Shown here piece after piece: positions 1-12,300 of a DNA stretch of 64,000 nucleotides. Below the pieces are notes generated by a model, which did no database searches, was not told the origin of the DNA, and saw only the letters and a list, made by a program, of their open reading frames with translations. Source of the DNA: Thalia democratica (Eukaryota); contig OZ241827.1 in assembly GCA_965202585.1 (NCBI GenBank), positions 58,280,001 to 58,344,000 on the forward strand, written 5' to 3'. A program made the translations under genes and the position numbers. Position 1 is the first letter of the stretch; every line of letters starts with the position of its first letter.

Positions 1-59
1 TATTCTTCTAACTTTGAAAGTAGTATTTTTTCAAACTTTATACTAATTGAAACTTTCAG

Positions 60-1965
60 ACCGAAGTGACTGTGCTGGTTTCGAGAATTCCGTACTTGGA
101 ATCGAGCTCGATCAGAAGGTCAGAGTGTGGGAGGGTCGCAGTGATATGCCGATATGCAAAGACACTGCTGAACGTTACTTACGACAAATCAATTTGTTTA
201 GCTACACAGTAAGGATTTAAGTAGTTGAATTTTTTTATTTAAAGCTAAAAAGAAATGTCACTTTTAAATACCTACTTATTACTTGACTTAAAAACAGTTT
301 GAGACCTGTGTAAACACAGTATTTCTGGTTTAAAAAAACTTATCACATCAAAAAACTAAAATTTGGCCAAATTTTTTTTACAAAATTTTTTCTAGTGTTG
401 TTTTTTGTATAAATAACTCCCACTTAAAGTAAAAAAAAAAAAATTATACACATAAGAATGTTTATGTAAAAATTTATAACTAATTTAAAGTTGAAAAAAA
501 AGTTCTATTTTTTTTACGTGTAATCATGATATCTTTTAAGGTGATTTTAGATATATAATAAAACAAGTTTTTTTTTTTAATTAACAAAATTTATTTTAAC
601 CTGACTATGTCAGAGATTTTAATATTTTTAACATGAAACTTCTCTTTACAATATTCAATTTAAAAATTAGTTTTATTTAAGTTTATCTGCTGGGTGTAAT
701 TTTTTTTAAATAAACAGATGCTTTCTGCACAGTTCTAAGTGCCAATATCTTACTTTTTATTTTAACAGTGACCTCATAGGAGCAAACGTAACATCAAGCG
801 CAAATATAAGTGACATTGGCCTGTACTTAATTGAGGGTCCAGGAACTGGTTCTGCTGCAGGTACCGACGTATCCGCCGGTAAAGTTTACAGTCTGACAGA
901 TACAGTTTACGTTGAGGCGAGAATAGCAAATCATACGGACAAATTCGTGTCAACGGTTAGTGCACATAAGACTTGAATTTTTTCGTCAATGTTTAATTTC
1001 AATTATTTCTAGTTGTACAACTGCTTCGCATCTGAAACAGACAATTACGACGATAACTACGAGCTGATTGGAAGTAACGGGTAAGAAATGCTTTTGAGAC
1101 AAGTCGCGTTAATCCTATTAAACTTTACTTCAATAAGCTTTGATGTAGTTTTGTTGCGAGTATTAAAACGCTTATTTTTAGGTTCTGTACCAACTTTTCT
1201 TTTTAATTTTGCACTGTTTTCTTTGTTCTGTAAACAAAACTTTCCGCACCAGCTGCGGCAACGTCGCGGACGGCACGGTGCAAGTCGACAACGGCACGAC
1301 CCCGACCACCCCCAGGTACTTCCCCTACTTCAGCTTCGAGGCTTTCGTGTGGACGAGTTTTGAAACGGAAATTTACGTCCATTGCGAGGTCGACGTGTGC
1401 TTGGAGGGCGACAGCGCCTGCGTGGCTGACATGACAGTGAGTTACTAACTTGTGGTAAACTTTCTTATAAAGTAGTAGCATTTGTTTGTTAAACGATAAA
1501 ACAAAAACTCATTGATTTCAGGCTCTACAAATACACCATTTAAACTGTCAGAATACATTACGATTGCTTTAACTTGCAGCATTTTACCAAGCAACAAAGT
1601 TTTAAAAAAATTCCGCGATAATTAAATAACAAGACTTATAGATTTCAAAACGAACTTAACTTAATATTTACCGCGCAATGTTGCTTTTATGTTCAGAATA
1701 CACTTATTATTTATAATACAATTCGAACCGTTAGCTGTTGTAACCTATTTTATACAGTTATGATAAAAACTTAAACTACAATAAGTATAAATTAAATTTT
1801 ATAAGTTTTTTTCTTAACTTACAGACATGTCCTACTCTGATGAGTCGCTACCGAAGGGAAGCTAGCAGTTTAAAAACAATGTCACTAAGGTCGGGACCAA
1901 TCAGAGTAAGGAGGGCCAATGCTGTGAAAAATACACTTATCGGTGAAATGTCTATCAATATATAA
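60..1965 (+). CDS. 3' part of a ZP-domain protein gene (5' end outside window). Exons 60-208, 769-955, 1013-1080, 1253-1436, 1825-1965
   Basis: GT-AG exons join in frame. The translation shows the end of ZP-N (VICRYAK) and ZP-C hallmarks (VYSLTDTVYVEA, LYNCFAS, YELIGSNGC, FSFEAFVW, IYVHCEVDVC, C..TCP). These are followed by RYRR, an EHP-like SLRSGPIRV segment, TAA at 1963-1965 and AATAAA at 1994-1999. Confidence 0.9.
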
Positions 1966-3809
1966 ATCACTAAGTTAAATTTGTATTTTATGCAATAAAT
2001 ATTTAAAATAGCTTAATAAAAATATTTTAAAAATTTGCTCTTGCTTTTTGATAAACTCAGTTTTGCAAAACTAATGTTTAATTTAAACTACGGCAATATA
2101 AAACAAAAACAAATTAAAGTTTAACTGTTGTACAATTTATAGTTAACTTAAATTTATTTTAAAAACTCATGCTTTAATTGATAACAACATTTATGTCATG
2201 TTAAATTTTTAAAAGTTTTTAGAGCATGTATGCACTTGTTGACTTTTCATGTTCAACTATGTTAACCACTTTTATAATATTTAATAAATATAAATTGAAG
2301 AATTTTTTTGTTTTGATTTTTTATTATATGCTGTATTTAAAGTTGTAAATCAGCAAACTTTAAATTGTTTTTTTTTTTTGTTTTTAAAACTTTTAATTTT
2401 AATTTGTATTAAAATAGTGCAAAAACAAAAAAAAACAAATTTGCACAACAGTATATAGTAATCATTTAGAAACCTTAAATAATTACACCAAGAAGTATAA
2501 CACAAGTATAAAATATTTTAATAAAGCTTCTTTGTTTTTATGTGTATTTTTTTTTCTTCGTTTTTAAACGCATACTATGTAAACTTTTTTGGATGAAAAA
2601 AAAGTTTTAGTTAAACAGTTAAATTCTACTTAGTTTCAAATAAAAACATTTAGTCAAAATCAACAGAATTAGTTGCTTTTATTCACAAAGTATTTTTATT
2701 TTATTAAATCTATGAAAGTAAACGTACAAGTTTGTATTCTTTAAATAAAAAAACTGAAATATTGACAATTAATTTAATAATAACTAGCTTATAACTTTTT
2801 AGACTTTTACTTTTTTAAATACTTTAAATTCAAAACAGTATCGGCTAGTGTCTACCAACTATTAAGTAATATTTTATTAGTATTAGTAAACTTGATATAG
2901 CAAAAAGTACAATTGAATTATACAAAAATACGCACTTTAAGAGACCGCGTAAGGTACAAATTTAGTCTTAAAATGCGTGGGATAAAAATTTTTGATGAAA
3001 AAAAACTTGATTATAAGAAGACAAAAGTATAAAATTTTTTCGCAACAATCCTATAAAGTGAACTAGAATAAATCGTATTTTTGTTGAAAATAAGATTATA
3101 TTAGCTACTATTCGTTGTGAAAAGGGTAACATTTTCAAATCTTAGTGATACGCACTTTTGCCTGGGTCTAAGGTTTATACCTTATCGATGTCCAAAATGT
3201 GTGTTAAATAGCTTAATTTATTTAAAAAGTGTTAAGTATTTTTATTTAACATTTTTTACATTCCCAAATTATAAAAGTAAACTATTTAACATTTATTTTG
3301 AATAAAAACTAATGTTTTCAACTTATAATCTACTTTAAATTCCCTGGGACGTAGTAAAATAAACAACAACTGAAAAACGATGATAAGAAATTCTAGTTAA
3401 ATAATAATAAACTTCAATATTAAGATCTTTTTAACGAATTTGTAATACCAAGAGCTTTTTGCATTATAATAGAAGATAGTGTTAATAGTTTTGAAGTCAA
3501 ATGTGTTATTAAAAAGGTAGGGGCTGATTTATACACATAAAAGTATTTTTTTTTAATACAGAATGAACAATTTATAACTGTCAATAAAAAAAAAAGAAAG
3601 TCATCTACATAAATTCATTTTAATAATTTATTTTTATAAAAGTAAAATTTAAATTAGAATTTAGTTTTATATCATCTTAAAACTTTCGGATAAATTAAGT
3701 TTATGTAAGCCAAGCTTTAAAAAAAAATATTTTTTTTAACTTGTTGTAGTAAGTCGTCAAAAAATTTAAAGTTCTATTAAGTAAGACAAAAAAAATGTTT
3801 TTTTTTTCT

Positions 3810-4967
3810 TTATTGTAAGTCATCAAAAACATCATAAACATTTTTAAATTTTCTCCTTTGCTCCTTAACAACAAACTTCTCCAGCTCGGTTTCTTCGCTC
3901 CGGTCCCTTCTCAAGTGCATCTCGCTCCAATACACTTCTTCCAGCTGCCAAAACCTCGCGTTGGACCAGCTGGTCAGCGGCCTTTCAAGGCAATTCGTTC
4001 GGTCGAACCACCAGCCGGCCTTGTGGTGACCGGCGCAGTCCCAACTCCCAAAACCGTCCACGTCCAAGTAGGGAGTGCTGAAGGAGGAATTGTTCGGTAT
4101 CAGTTCGGTCGAGAACAAATAATTATAAATCTTCGGCTTCACCGAATCGTATGTGATCTTGTGGAAAGGCGACCTGCCCACTTTCACGCCCCGAAAGTAA
4201 AAGTAGCGGGTGTACCGCGTTCCGAACCACAGGGCGTTCACGCTCAGCCTCAGCGTGTACTTTCTCCCGTCGACCGCCGTCACCTGGTTCATTCTCCTCA
4301 GCCCGAGCCAGTACTCGCCTCGCTTGTTGCCGAAGCCCGTCTGGTAATCGGCGTGCGCGCGGAAGCGGTCCCTGTCGAAGACGTTTTCTCCATAAAATCC
4401 CTCCCGCTTCTTGCGCATCACCAGCAAGTACTCGTCTTTATTGCAATTAACTATGACGTCACTTTTGGCGAACGTCACGTGGTAGTCGCCTCCAGCGTAA
4501 CTGCTCTCGTTCAGCCCGCGGTACTTCAGCTTGATCGGACTTTCTCCCTCGGTTACGTCATTCGACACGTAGAGCATCTGCTCGTTCCTGTTCGTCACAA
4601 AGTCTCTGACGTCGCTGCAGTCGCGCGCCTCCTCCCCGAAAAAGCTCTCGTCGTTGTAGCCCGCGTAGCAGAAAGCTTTTCTCCCCGCTCTCCCGTCGCC
4701 CTTGTACAGCGTCTGCGCTCCTCCTCCCTGCGTCATCGGATGCATCAGCGCGCTTTCCCGGCAGCTCCTCAGTTTTTTCCCGCTTCCCAGCTCGTCTTTC
4801 GTCAGCGTGCGCTCGATGCTCTTCGCCGCGCGCATCGCGTACGAGTTTTTAGTGAAGAAAAGTTTTTCCGAAATTCTCTTGTTCGTCTGCTGCGTCGTTT
4901 CGAAGATGTTTTGAGCTGAACCATGAATGGCAAATAAAAATAAGAAAAATATTTGAATTAAACTCAT
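3810..4967 (-). CDS. Secreted fibrinogen C-terminal domain (FReD) protein, 385 aa, apparently single exon
   Basis: Signal peptide MSLIQIFFLFLFAIHGSA. FReD motifs RDCSD, YQTGFGNKRGEYWLGL, YTLRLSV and FSTPYLDVDG..WDCAGHHKAGWWFDRTNC. GC-rich coding island within AT-rich flanks. Confidence 0.88.
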   Translation of the reverse strand: MSLIQIFFLFLFAIHGSAQNIFETTQQTNKRISEKLFFTKNSYAMRAAKSIERTLTKDELGSGKKLRSCRESALMHPMTQGGGAQTLYKGDGRAGRKAFCYAGYNDESFFGEEARDCSDVRDFVTNRNEQMLYVSNDVTEGESPIKLKYRGLNESSYAGGDYHVTFAKSDVIVNCNKDEYLLVMRKKREGFYGENVFDRDRFRAHADYQTGFGNKRGEYWLGLRRMNQVTAVDGRKYTLRLSVNALWFGTRYTRYFYFRGVKVGRSPFHKITYDSVKPKIYNYLFSTELIPNNSSFSTPYLDVDGFGSWDCAGHHKAGWWFDRTNCLERPLTSWSNARFWQLEEVYWSEMHLRRDRSEETELEKFVVKEQRRKFKNVYDVFDDLQ

Positions 4968-7900
4968 TTTGAAGAAACAAAACTCTGCTTAGCTTTTACA
5001 AAAGTCTGTTTAAATCAGTTTTTAGAACTTTTTTATAGGTTAAGTTTAGCAAACGAAATCTAAATGCCTTTTTTTTTGTTATTATTTCTACTTTAATTAA
5101 CGTTATCTTATTTTATATTACATACAATGCATAGTTCACATTATGAGAATAGCTTTGTACTGAAAACTAGTTTGTATTAAACACATATAAACTATCATTG
5201 TCTAAAAAGCTATACAGCAACAATAAGCTTACTTTAATAAATTGAAACTAAGCTAATATATTAGCAAATTTGTGTAACTCAATAAAAAACTACTTTTGTT
5301 TGGTACATTTGTAATACTTACTACTTAACTATTATTACTTTAACTATAACTTAGCTTAAGTTGTATTTAAGTTTGTTTACGCTAAAACTAGACTTATTTT
5401 TGTAATTAACTTATATTTTAAAATATTCTGGTAAAAGATGTTTAAAAAAAAAAACTTACAACAACTATACCAAAATCAAATGTTTGGTTTATGTTTAAGA
5501 GTACTTAGGTATTTACTACAAAAAATACATAGACTTATTATGCCCATAAACTGTTTTAAACTTAATAAAACAAGAACTCGTTCAGTTTTTTTATATATCC
5601 TATTCTTGCAATTTAACAATTGTCAACAGTAAAAGAAGGAAAAGAACTATAATTTTGAGACGTTTATTATAATAAACAAATTCAAAACAAAAGGATTTAA
5701 AAACTGTAAGAATATTTTTAATTTTTAAAGCACCGTATTATAACAATATAACCTTGAAATTGAAACCACAGTTTAATTTAAGTTAATCCTAAGCACACTT
5801 TTAAACTTTTATTCCAATATATTTTCGTTTTTATTTGTTTAGTACACAAATAAAATTTAGTCGCTAGCTAAGTTGTTAATTGCATAACTATTTCACTTAA
5901 AAGAAAAATAAATTAATCATTTGACAAAATATAAACTGTTGCAATATATCAACCACAAGAAATATTCCTAGTTATTGAGAAGCTGTGTATTAGAATAAAT
6001 TGAAAACTGATGACTTATTTAGAAATAGTCTCCTTCTATGATATACAGTGAGGATTACACGACTGAAGATCTAAATCGTAAAAATACGTACTTTTACTAA
6101 ATATGTACTGTTTATATGAACTCAAATGAATTTAAATGAACTTGTTTTGTTTTAAGTTCTAAAAATTGTTAGTATATATTCATTAAACTGTAAACAAAAT
6201 TTGTGTTAAACTAAAGAAAATATGAAAATAAACATTTTTGGTTCTTTAATAAAGTTCAAACTAGTTACAAAATTTAAGCTACTTCGAATAACCGTTTATT
6301 AATATTAAACTAGCTCACCTTTTTTTGTTAAGTATCATTGCAAGTTTAAACCTAAGTAGTCTTACTTAAAATTTTTTTTTTATTTTTTAGCTTCTTTAAG
6401 TTTTTTTTTTTAGTTTTCTTAGTAGTACTAACGATAAGGTAGTTTTACTACCGCAATAAACTTTAAAGCAGTGCTCTACAAAGAAAAAATGAAAATGTCT
6501 AGTTACATGAGTTTAAACTCTAATTCTTTTGATTATACTGATGTTCTGATCTATCAATGCTTTTCATTAACAAGGCATAAAAAGTTAAAAAAAATTTTTA
6601 GATAGTATAATTTCTAAACCTAACAAATCAAAAATGAATTCTGGTGGACAAAAGGTTAAACTGTATCCGTGGATTATGACGCGATAACCGAAAGGATTTT
6701 CCGTACACTAGATTTTTGAACAAAAGTTGCTATTTAATAAACTTATAAGTTTAAAGCGAAAAATTTCAAATTTTCAATAATTAAGTTTTTTACAAACTCT
6801 ATTATTTTATAATTACTTAAAAGTATTAAATTTTAAAGTAAAAACGAAATTTTTAGTCTATAATAAAAAAAATACTTATTTATTTTTGACTTTAAGAAAA
6901 AAGTGTATGTTTATAGTTTTTGTAAACCTTCTAACTAACAAAAAAATGGCTTGTAAATTAATTTGTAGAAAACTCAGTTTTGTAACTCATAGTTTGTATC
7001 CGCTGACATTTAATACTTTATCACGTTTTAGCTCGTTGCCACTACACAACTTGATCAATCGACACTTACCTGTTACCTTTGCAATTTTCTGATTGTGCTA
7101 CTTAATTAAAAGCTAACTACGTTTTAAGTTAAAACTCAATTAAGCTTTTAAAATAGTGACAGTACGTATGTAGATTATCATTTGAAGTTTAAGTTCACTT
7201 ACTATAAAGAAATTAAAAGAATAAAGTCTAAATTAAAAATTTCTGACAGTTGTAAGAAAGTATTTTAATATTTATCATTTTAGTCAAAAAGATACGTATA
7301 TTTAACTCTTAAACGTATTTAAGAGATAGTTACTGATAATGAAACTATTTTACATCAAACTACTATTTGTTGCGGTTTTCAGTCATAATGTTGATTGACT
7401 TTCACATTTATTTTATTCATTTCACATTTGTTTTGTAGAAAAAAAGTTTATAAATGTAGAAATTAAAAATAAATAGATTCATCTAAAAGTAGTAATGAAC
7501 ACACATTCTTTATTTTTAAATGTTAAAAAAAGTAATGATTAATATAAAAACTTGTTTGTTATTAAGTTTTATTTTAGTAAACAATCCAATCATTTAAAAT
7601 TTCTATTGCTTTAATAGAAAAAGTTTTTATGTAAATAATTTTTTAAGGTGTTTTTTGATCATATGTAAACATTAGAAGTTTATGATAACATAGTTAGTTT
7701 AGGTTTGATGTTTGAAAAGTACGCAATTTGGTTGAACTTATAATTTAAGCTAATTTTAAAGTATGTAAACACACGGAAAACTTATGTGGTTGTCATAGCA
7801 AATATTATCATGTTTTGTAAAACTGTTTTAAGCTTCAGACCAAGTCATAACAACCAAATCTAAATAAGGTAAAACCTTATAACTAGTTATTAAAACAAAG

Positions 7901-9321
7901 TAACAAGGCCTTTTATTCAACATTGAATTACATTAAAGCTTTAATCTTTTCATTGTTAACTTTTTTTAGGCAGTAATTTGAGTAACTACAAGCTATGTTC
8001 GATGAACAAAAACACTTTATAAACTTTGATAATATTTATATTAAATTAACTTCCAAAAAAGCTTTTTACTAGAACAAAACAAAATACTAACTTCATATTT
8101 ACTTTTTATGAAAGTTACTAAATTTTAACTTGATATGCAAAACAGTTTTCTTTATGAAAAACTAAATTATCTATAACTTGTTATCAAGATTTTCTTTCAA
8201 AAAACTAGTTGATAAACAATTTCTTTTTAAACCGAAGTGAAGTTTTAAAGCTAAAAATATATTTGTATACAAACCCATTAAAAAAAAATTTTTAGTGTGT
8301 TGTGAGCTCGTAACTTCAGTTAGTTTGTCTGTAAATACAGTGTTTACTTTTTAGAAACATAAAGTCTTTTATGGTTATTTAAAATTACAAGCATTTTTTA
8401 ACCCAAAGTATAGTTTAAATATATGTTTGAAATGATAAACATTTTTTACAAATTGTTTAACAAACACTTTTTCTTATTATTATCAAAGTATTTTCTTATC
8501 ACAGTTATATCAGTGAACTAAAATAAAACAACCCAAGTAATATACTTTAGGTTTTTCATTAAGATTAATTTAATTTTTGTTTTTCAACGTATGCAAGTAT
8601 ATCTTACCGTTACAAACTAAAAACTTTAATGCTAAATATTCTTATTGTTTAGTAGTTTGCTATATTTTTAAACAATTTGTATCGATATACTAAATTGTTT
8701 TTCCTCTTAGATAAAATATGTTTTTATATAATTTTCGACATATTAAAAGACTAGAAGCTAAATTTTTATGTTGTTGTAAACTTAAGTACAACATTTTTTT
8801 CATAAACATGCTTTAACGCATGTGAAAATTTCTGGTTTAAATCTAAATTAGCGCTTTCACCATGGGTAGTTTAAAAATAAAAAAGCTTTAGTGTGCTAAG
8901 TATTTTAATTACTTTTCAAAGAAAAAACATAGTATAGTTGTTTAAACTTGATAACATTTTTTTAGACATGTACTATAATAAGTAAAAATGTTGCAATAAC
9001 ACTTTCAAAATTAATATCTAAAAAACTAAGCCGAAACTCCAAGGTCGTTTAAAACCAATTAATAAAAACTACAAGCAGCGAAGTTTTAAGGTGGCTTTTT
9101 CAAAATCCGAGAAAGTCAAGGGCTGGTGCGAACAATGGAAAGTTGAGAGAGAGCAGAAGAAAGCGCAAGGGTCTGGTTGGCAAGCCAAGTGGAAAAGCAC
9201 AACGAATAATAATCACTCTTGAAGAGTTTTTTTCCAAGTACGAACAAGAAGACAAATTTGTTTTGTTTTTTTAGTTGGTAAATAAAACAATATACTGATA
9301 AGAAGATTTTTTGTAGAAGAC

Positions 9322-9394
9322 ATGATTTTAGGCAGCAGAACGTTTTCGATTTTGTTCGTTCTGGCTTTTGCCTTCAGCTCGACTTATGGTCAAG
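9322..9394 (+). CDS. Mucin exon 1: signal peptide [24 protein letters not shown]
   Basis: ATG at 9322, hydrophobic core, TYG-Q cleavage-like site, and a phase-1 donor GTTAGT that matches the phase-1 exon at 11313-11435 ([19 protein letters not shown]...). Confidence 0.8.
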
Positions 9395-12300
9395 GTTAGT
9401 TTTGGTTATTTTTATTTGACTAGAATGTAATAATTTATATGTTTTAGTATTTTGTTTATCAGAAAACTTTAGGAAAAAATATCAACTAGCTTCTAATTTT
9501 TATTTTTGTTAATTTAAATTATTAATTTGTATACTTTTGTTATAATTCCTCAAAAACTCTTTACTTTAAGTTATGTAAAATAATTTTAAAACTAATATAA
9601 CAAAAAGTAATGAAAAATTATAGTTTATGAATTTGAAATATTTTGCTTATCTAGTGCTTATATTTGAATATACGTAAACTTTAACTGTAAAGCTGTGTTT
9701 TTTTTTTTTATTATTAAAACATTAAAATTAAGTATAAAAATATGCTTAAACAAAGTTTTTCTCCATATTAGTACTCGTTGTAGTTATGGAAACCAATATT
9801 TGCTGTTACTTTGTTTCTGCACCCTACGTAATAATGATACGACAAATTTTCTTTATTCACCCTACCTTTATAAATCTAATTTTCTTTTAACGAACACAAA
9901 ACGAATGAACAAACTTTGTTTTCTTAAACAACAAAAGCGCAAGAAATAAATGTACATAGGCTTGGTTCTATTGTGTTGCAAAATGTTTTTTGTTATGTTA
10001 TTTGTTTACTTGTGAATAATGTGTTTCTAGTATAAGGGCTAAGTCATTGTACGTATAACTTTTCAAAAACTTATAAAAATAATTTAAAGGTATACAACAT
10101 ATAAATTAAAAAAATTTAAAACTTGAACCCGTTAATTATATAAGTTTGTTTTTAAAATCAGGCTAAAAAAGTAAACTCGAATATTATCCAAAAATTTTAA
10201 ATGTTACATACAAATTAAATGTCAAGAGTATATAGGTTGTATACTGAAAACGATCATAAACTTTAAAACCAATTTTAAAATGTTATTGTGTTTGAGAAAA
10301 AAAATTTTTGTAGTTATACATCATAAGGCAGAAAACTAAATACAAGTTTTTATTTTCTAATGTAAAGAAAATTAACCATTTGTATAAAATCTAAAGTCAA
10401 AAACCTTAATTTGGCAACGATTGCAATATGCATTTAAATTTTATGAAACAAATAACATTATTCTATAACTAAAGCAAAACATAAGAAATAAATTTTGCAC
10501 TGCTTAGCTTTTAGTTAGTAAATTACTTATTAGTTTTATGAAAGTATTTTTATAGTACTTAAAGTATTTCAAATAACTCGTCTACAAAACGAAAGCTCTT
10601 AAGTTTTTTTTTTATGTTACTAAAGTATCGAAAACAATTTACATTTTTTTTTAAACTCTTGTTCGTTTGTCCTTTGAATTGTTTAATTAACATGTAAAAA
10701 CTGCTGACCCGAAAACTTTCTTTAAGACAACTTAAAGTTTTTAAAAAACACTTCTAACGGAAGTAGATCATAAATTAATTTAATTTCAAAAAGCAAATCA
10801 ACTATAATATGAACAAGTATCAAATGTTTTTCAAGTGTTCTAATTACATAATTAAGAAAAAAAAACTATTATCTGTTTCACTTTGTGCAATAATTTAAAT
10901 AAAATAGTATATCGTTATATACACTTAAGTTTTTCGAAAAACATTGAAAAGTAGTTTTAAGGTATGAAAAGTTTCAAAAAAATTGTCATTACACAAACAT
11001 TTCCCAGCTTTAGTATCTTATTACATAAATATTGTTAAAACAGTTTATAAACTTAAACAACTTAAACAAAAGTATACATGTTAATTTTAATGACATCTTT
11101 AGTTTTCGTTTGCTTACTAAAACTTAAAACAGAAACTTAATTAACACAAAACTTTTTAAACTCAAAGTCAGTTACTTACTGGTCGAACGCTTTCATATTA
11201 TTTTTTGAAACAGTCACTAGTTTAACCTAATTTTAAGCAATTTCAAACAACCAATAACATATTATAAAACAGTTTAGGCAAACTAATAACTGATAGCATT
11301 ATATTTTAACAGTAAACAGTGGAAGCAACAGCGTGGTGCTGGTTGTGGATCAGTGCGATTCGACTTGTCTGCAGCAAGTGCTCAACCTACTCAACCAGGC
11401 AGCCAATGAAACCGATAGCAACTTCACTATAGCTGGTTAGATTGCACGCGTTTGCTGCAACAACTAAAACTGTTTTGTATAAGTGCTGTCATGTATCATT
11501 AATCAGTGTAGAGTAAAATTTCAAGTTTAATTTTTCTAGTTTAAAATTTATTCGTGTTTTATAAATGCAAACTCCTGTAATTGTGTTGTAAAAAAGTTGA
11601 GAAACTAGAACTACTTAAAAGTTGTAATTAAAACAGAAGTTACGACAAAATTTTAGTTTCAAACCATACTCTACTTATATTTTGAACAATTTAGACTAAG
11701 AAAAATATACTTTATTTAATAAAAGCTTTTTTTTAAAGTATACTCAATTACAAACAACATAACTTAATAGATAATGTAGTTCCGTAAAATTGTTTTATTT
11801 TTTTAATTGATACTGTATGTGAGTTATCTAATTTAATTGCTAACAACCTAAAAAATTAATCCTTAAAAAGTTTTTATCAAACTATAAGTTCAAAGAACTA
11901 AAAATAATGTTTTATAAAACTTTATGTACCTTAGTAATTTTTTTATATGCCTTAAAGTTCTAAGGTACAAAAGTAGTTAAATACACAATTTTTTTTTATT
12001 CTTTCATAAATTTACACTATTAAAATGTTTTCGATAATTAAGAAAATTAAAGTATTAAAAAGAATGATTACTTATAAAAAAGTTCCCTTATCTCAAAAAC
12101 AAAATTTTAAAACATTTTTATACTGTAAGCAGATCTAAATTGCAATAAAAAACTTTATTCTCACATTAGATACTTTTTTTTTCTAAACGATTAACAATGT
12201 GGAATGTGCAATGAAATAAGTATAACATAAAATGTTGCAAAATAAGCAAAACGTGAGTGTTCGAATGAAAAGAAAACTATTAATCAAATATTTAAAGACA

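Noticed and set aside
3858-4919. 353-aa plus-strand ORF
   Set aside because: Antisense shadow of the GC3-rich FReD gene, with no recognisable motifs.
1943-11313. ZP gene splicing into mucin exon 2 with the FReD nested in the intron
   Set aside because: The phases would fit, but the ZP exon has its own stop and AATAAA, and the mucin has its own signal-peptide exon.
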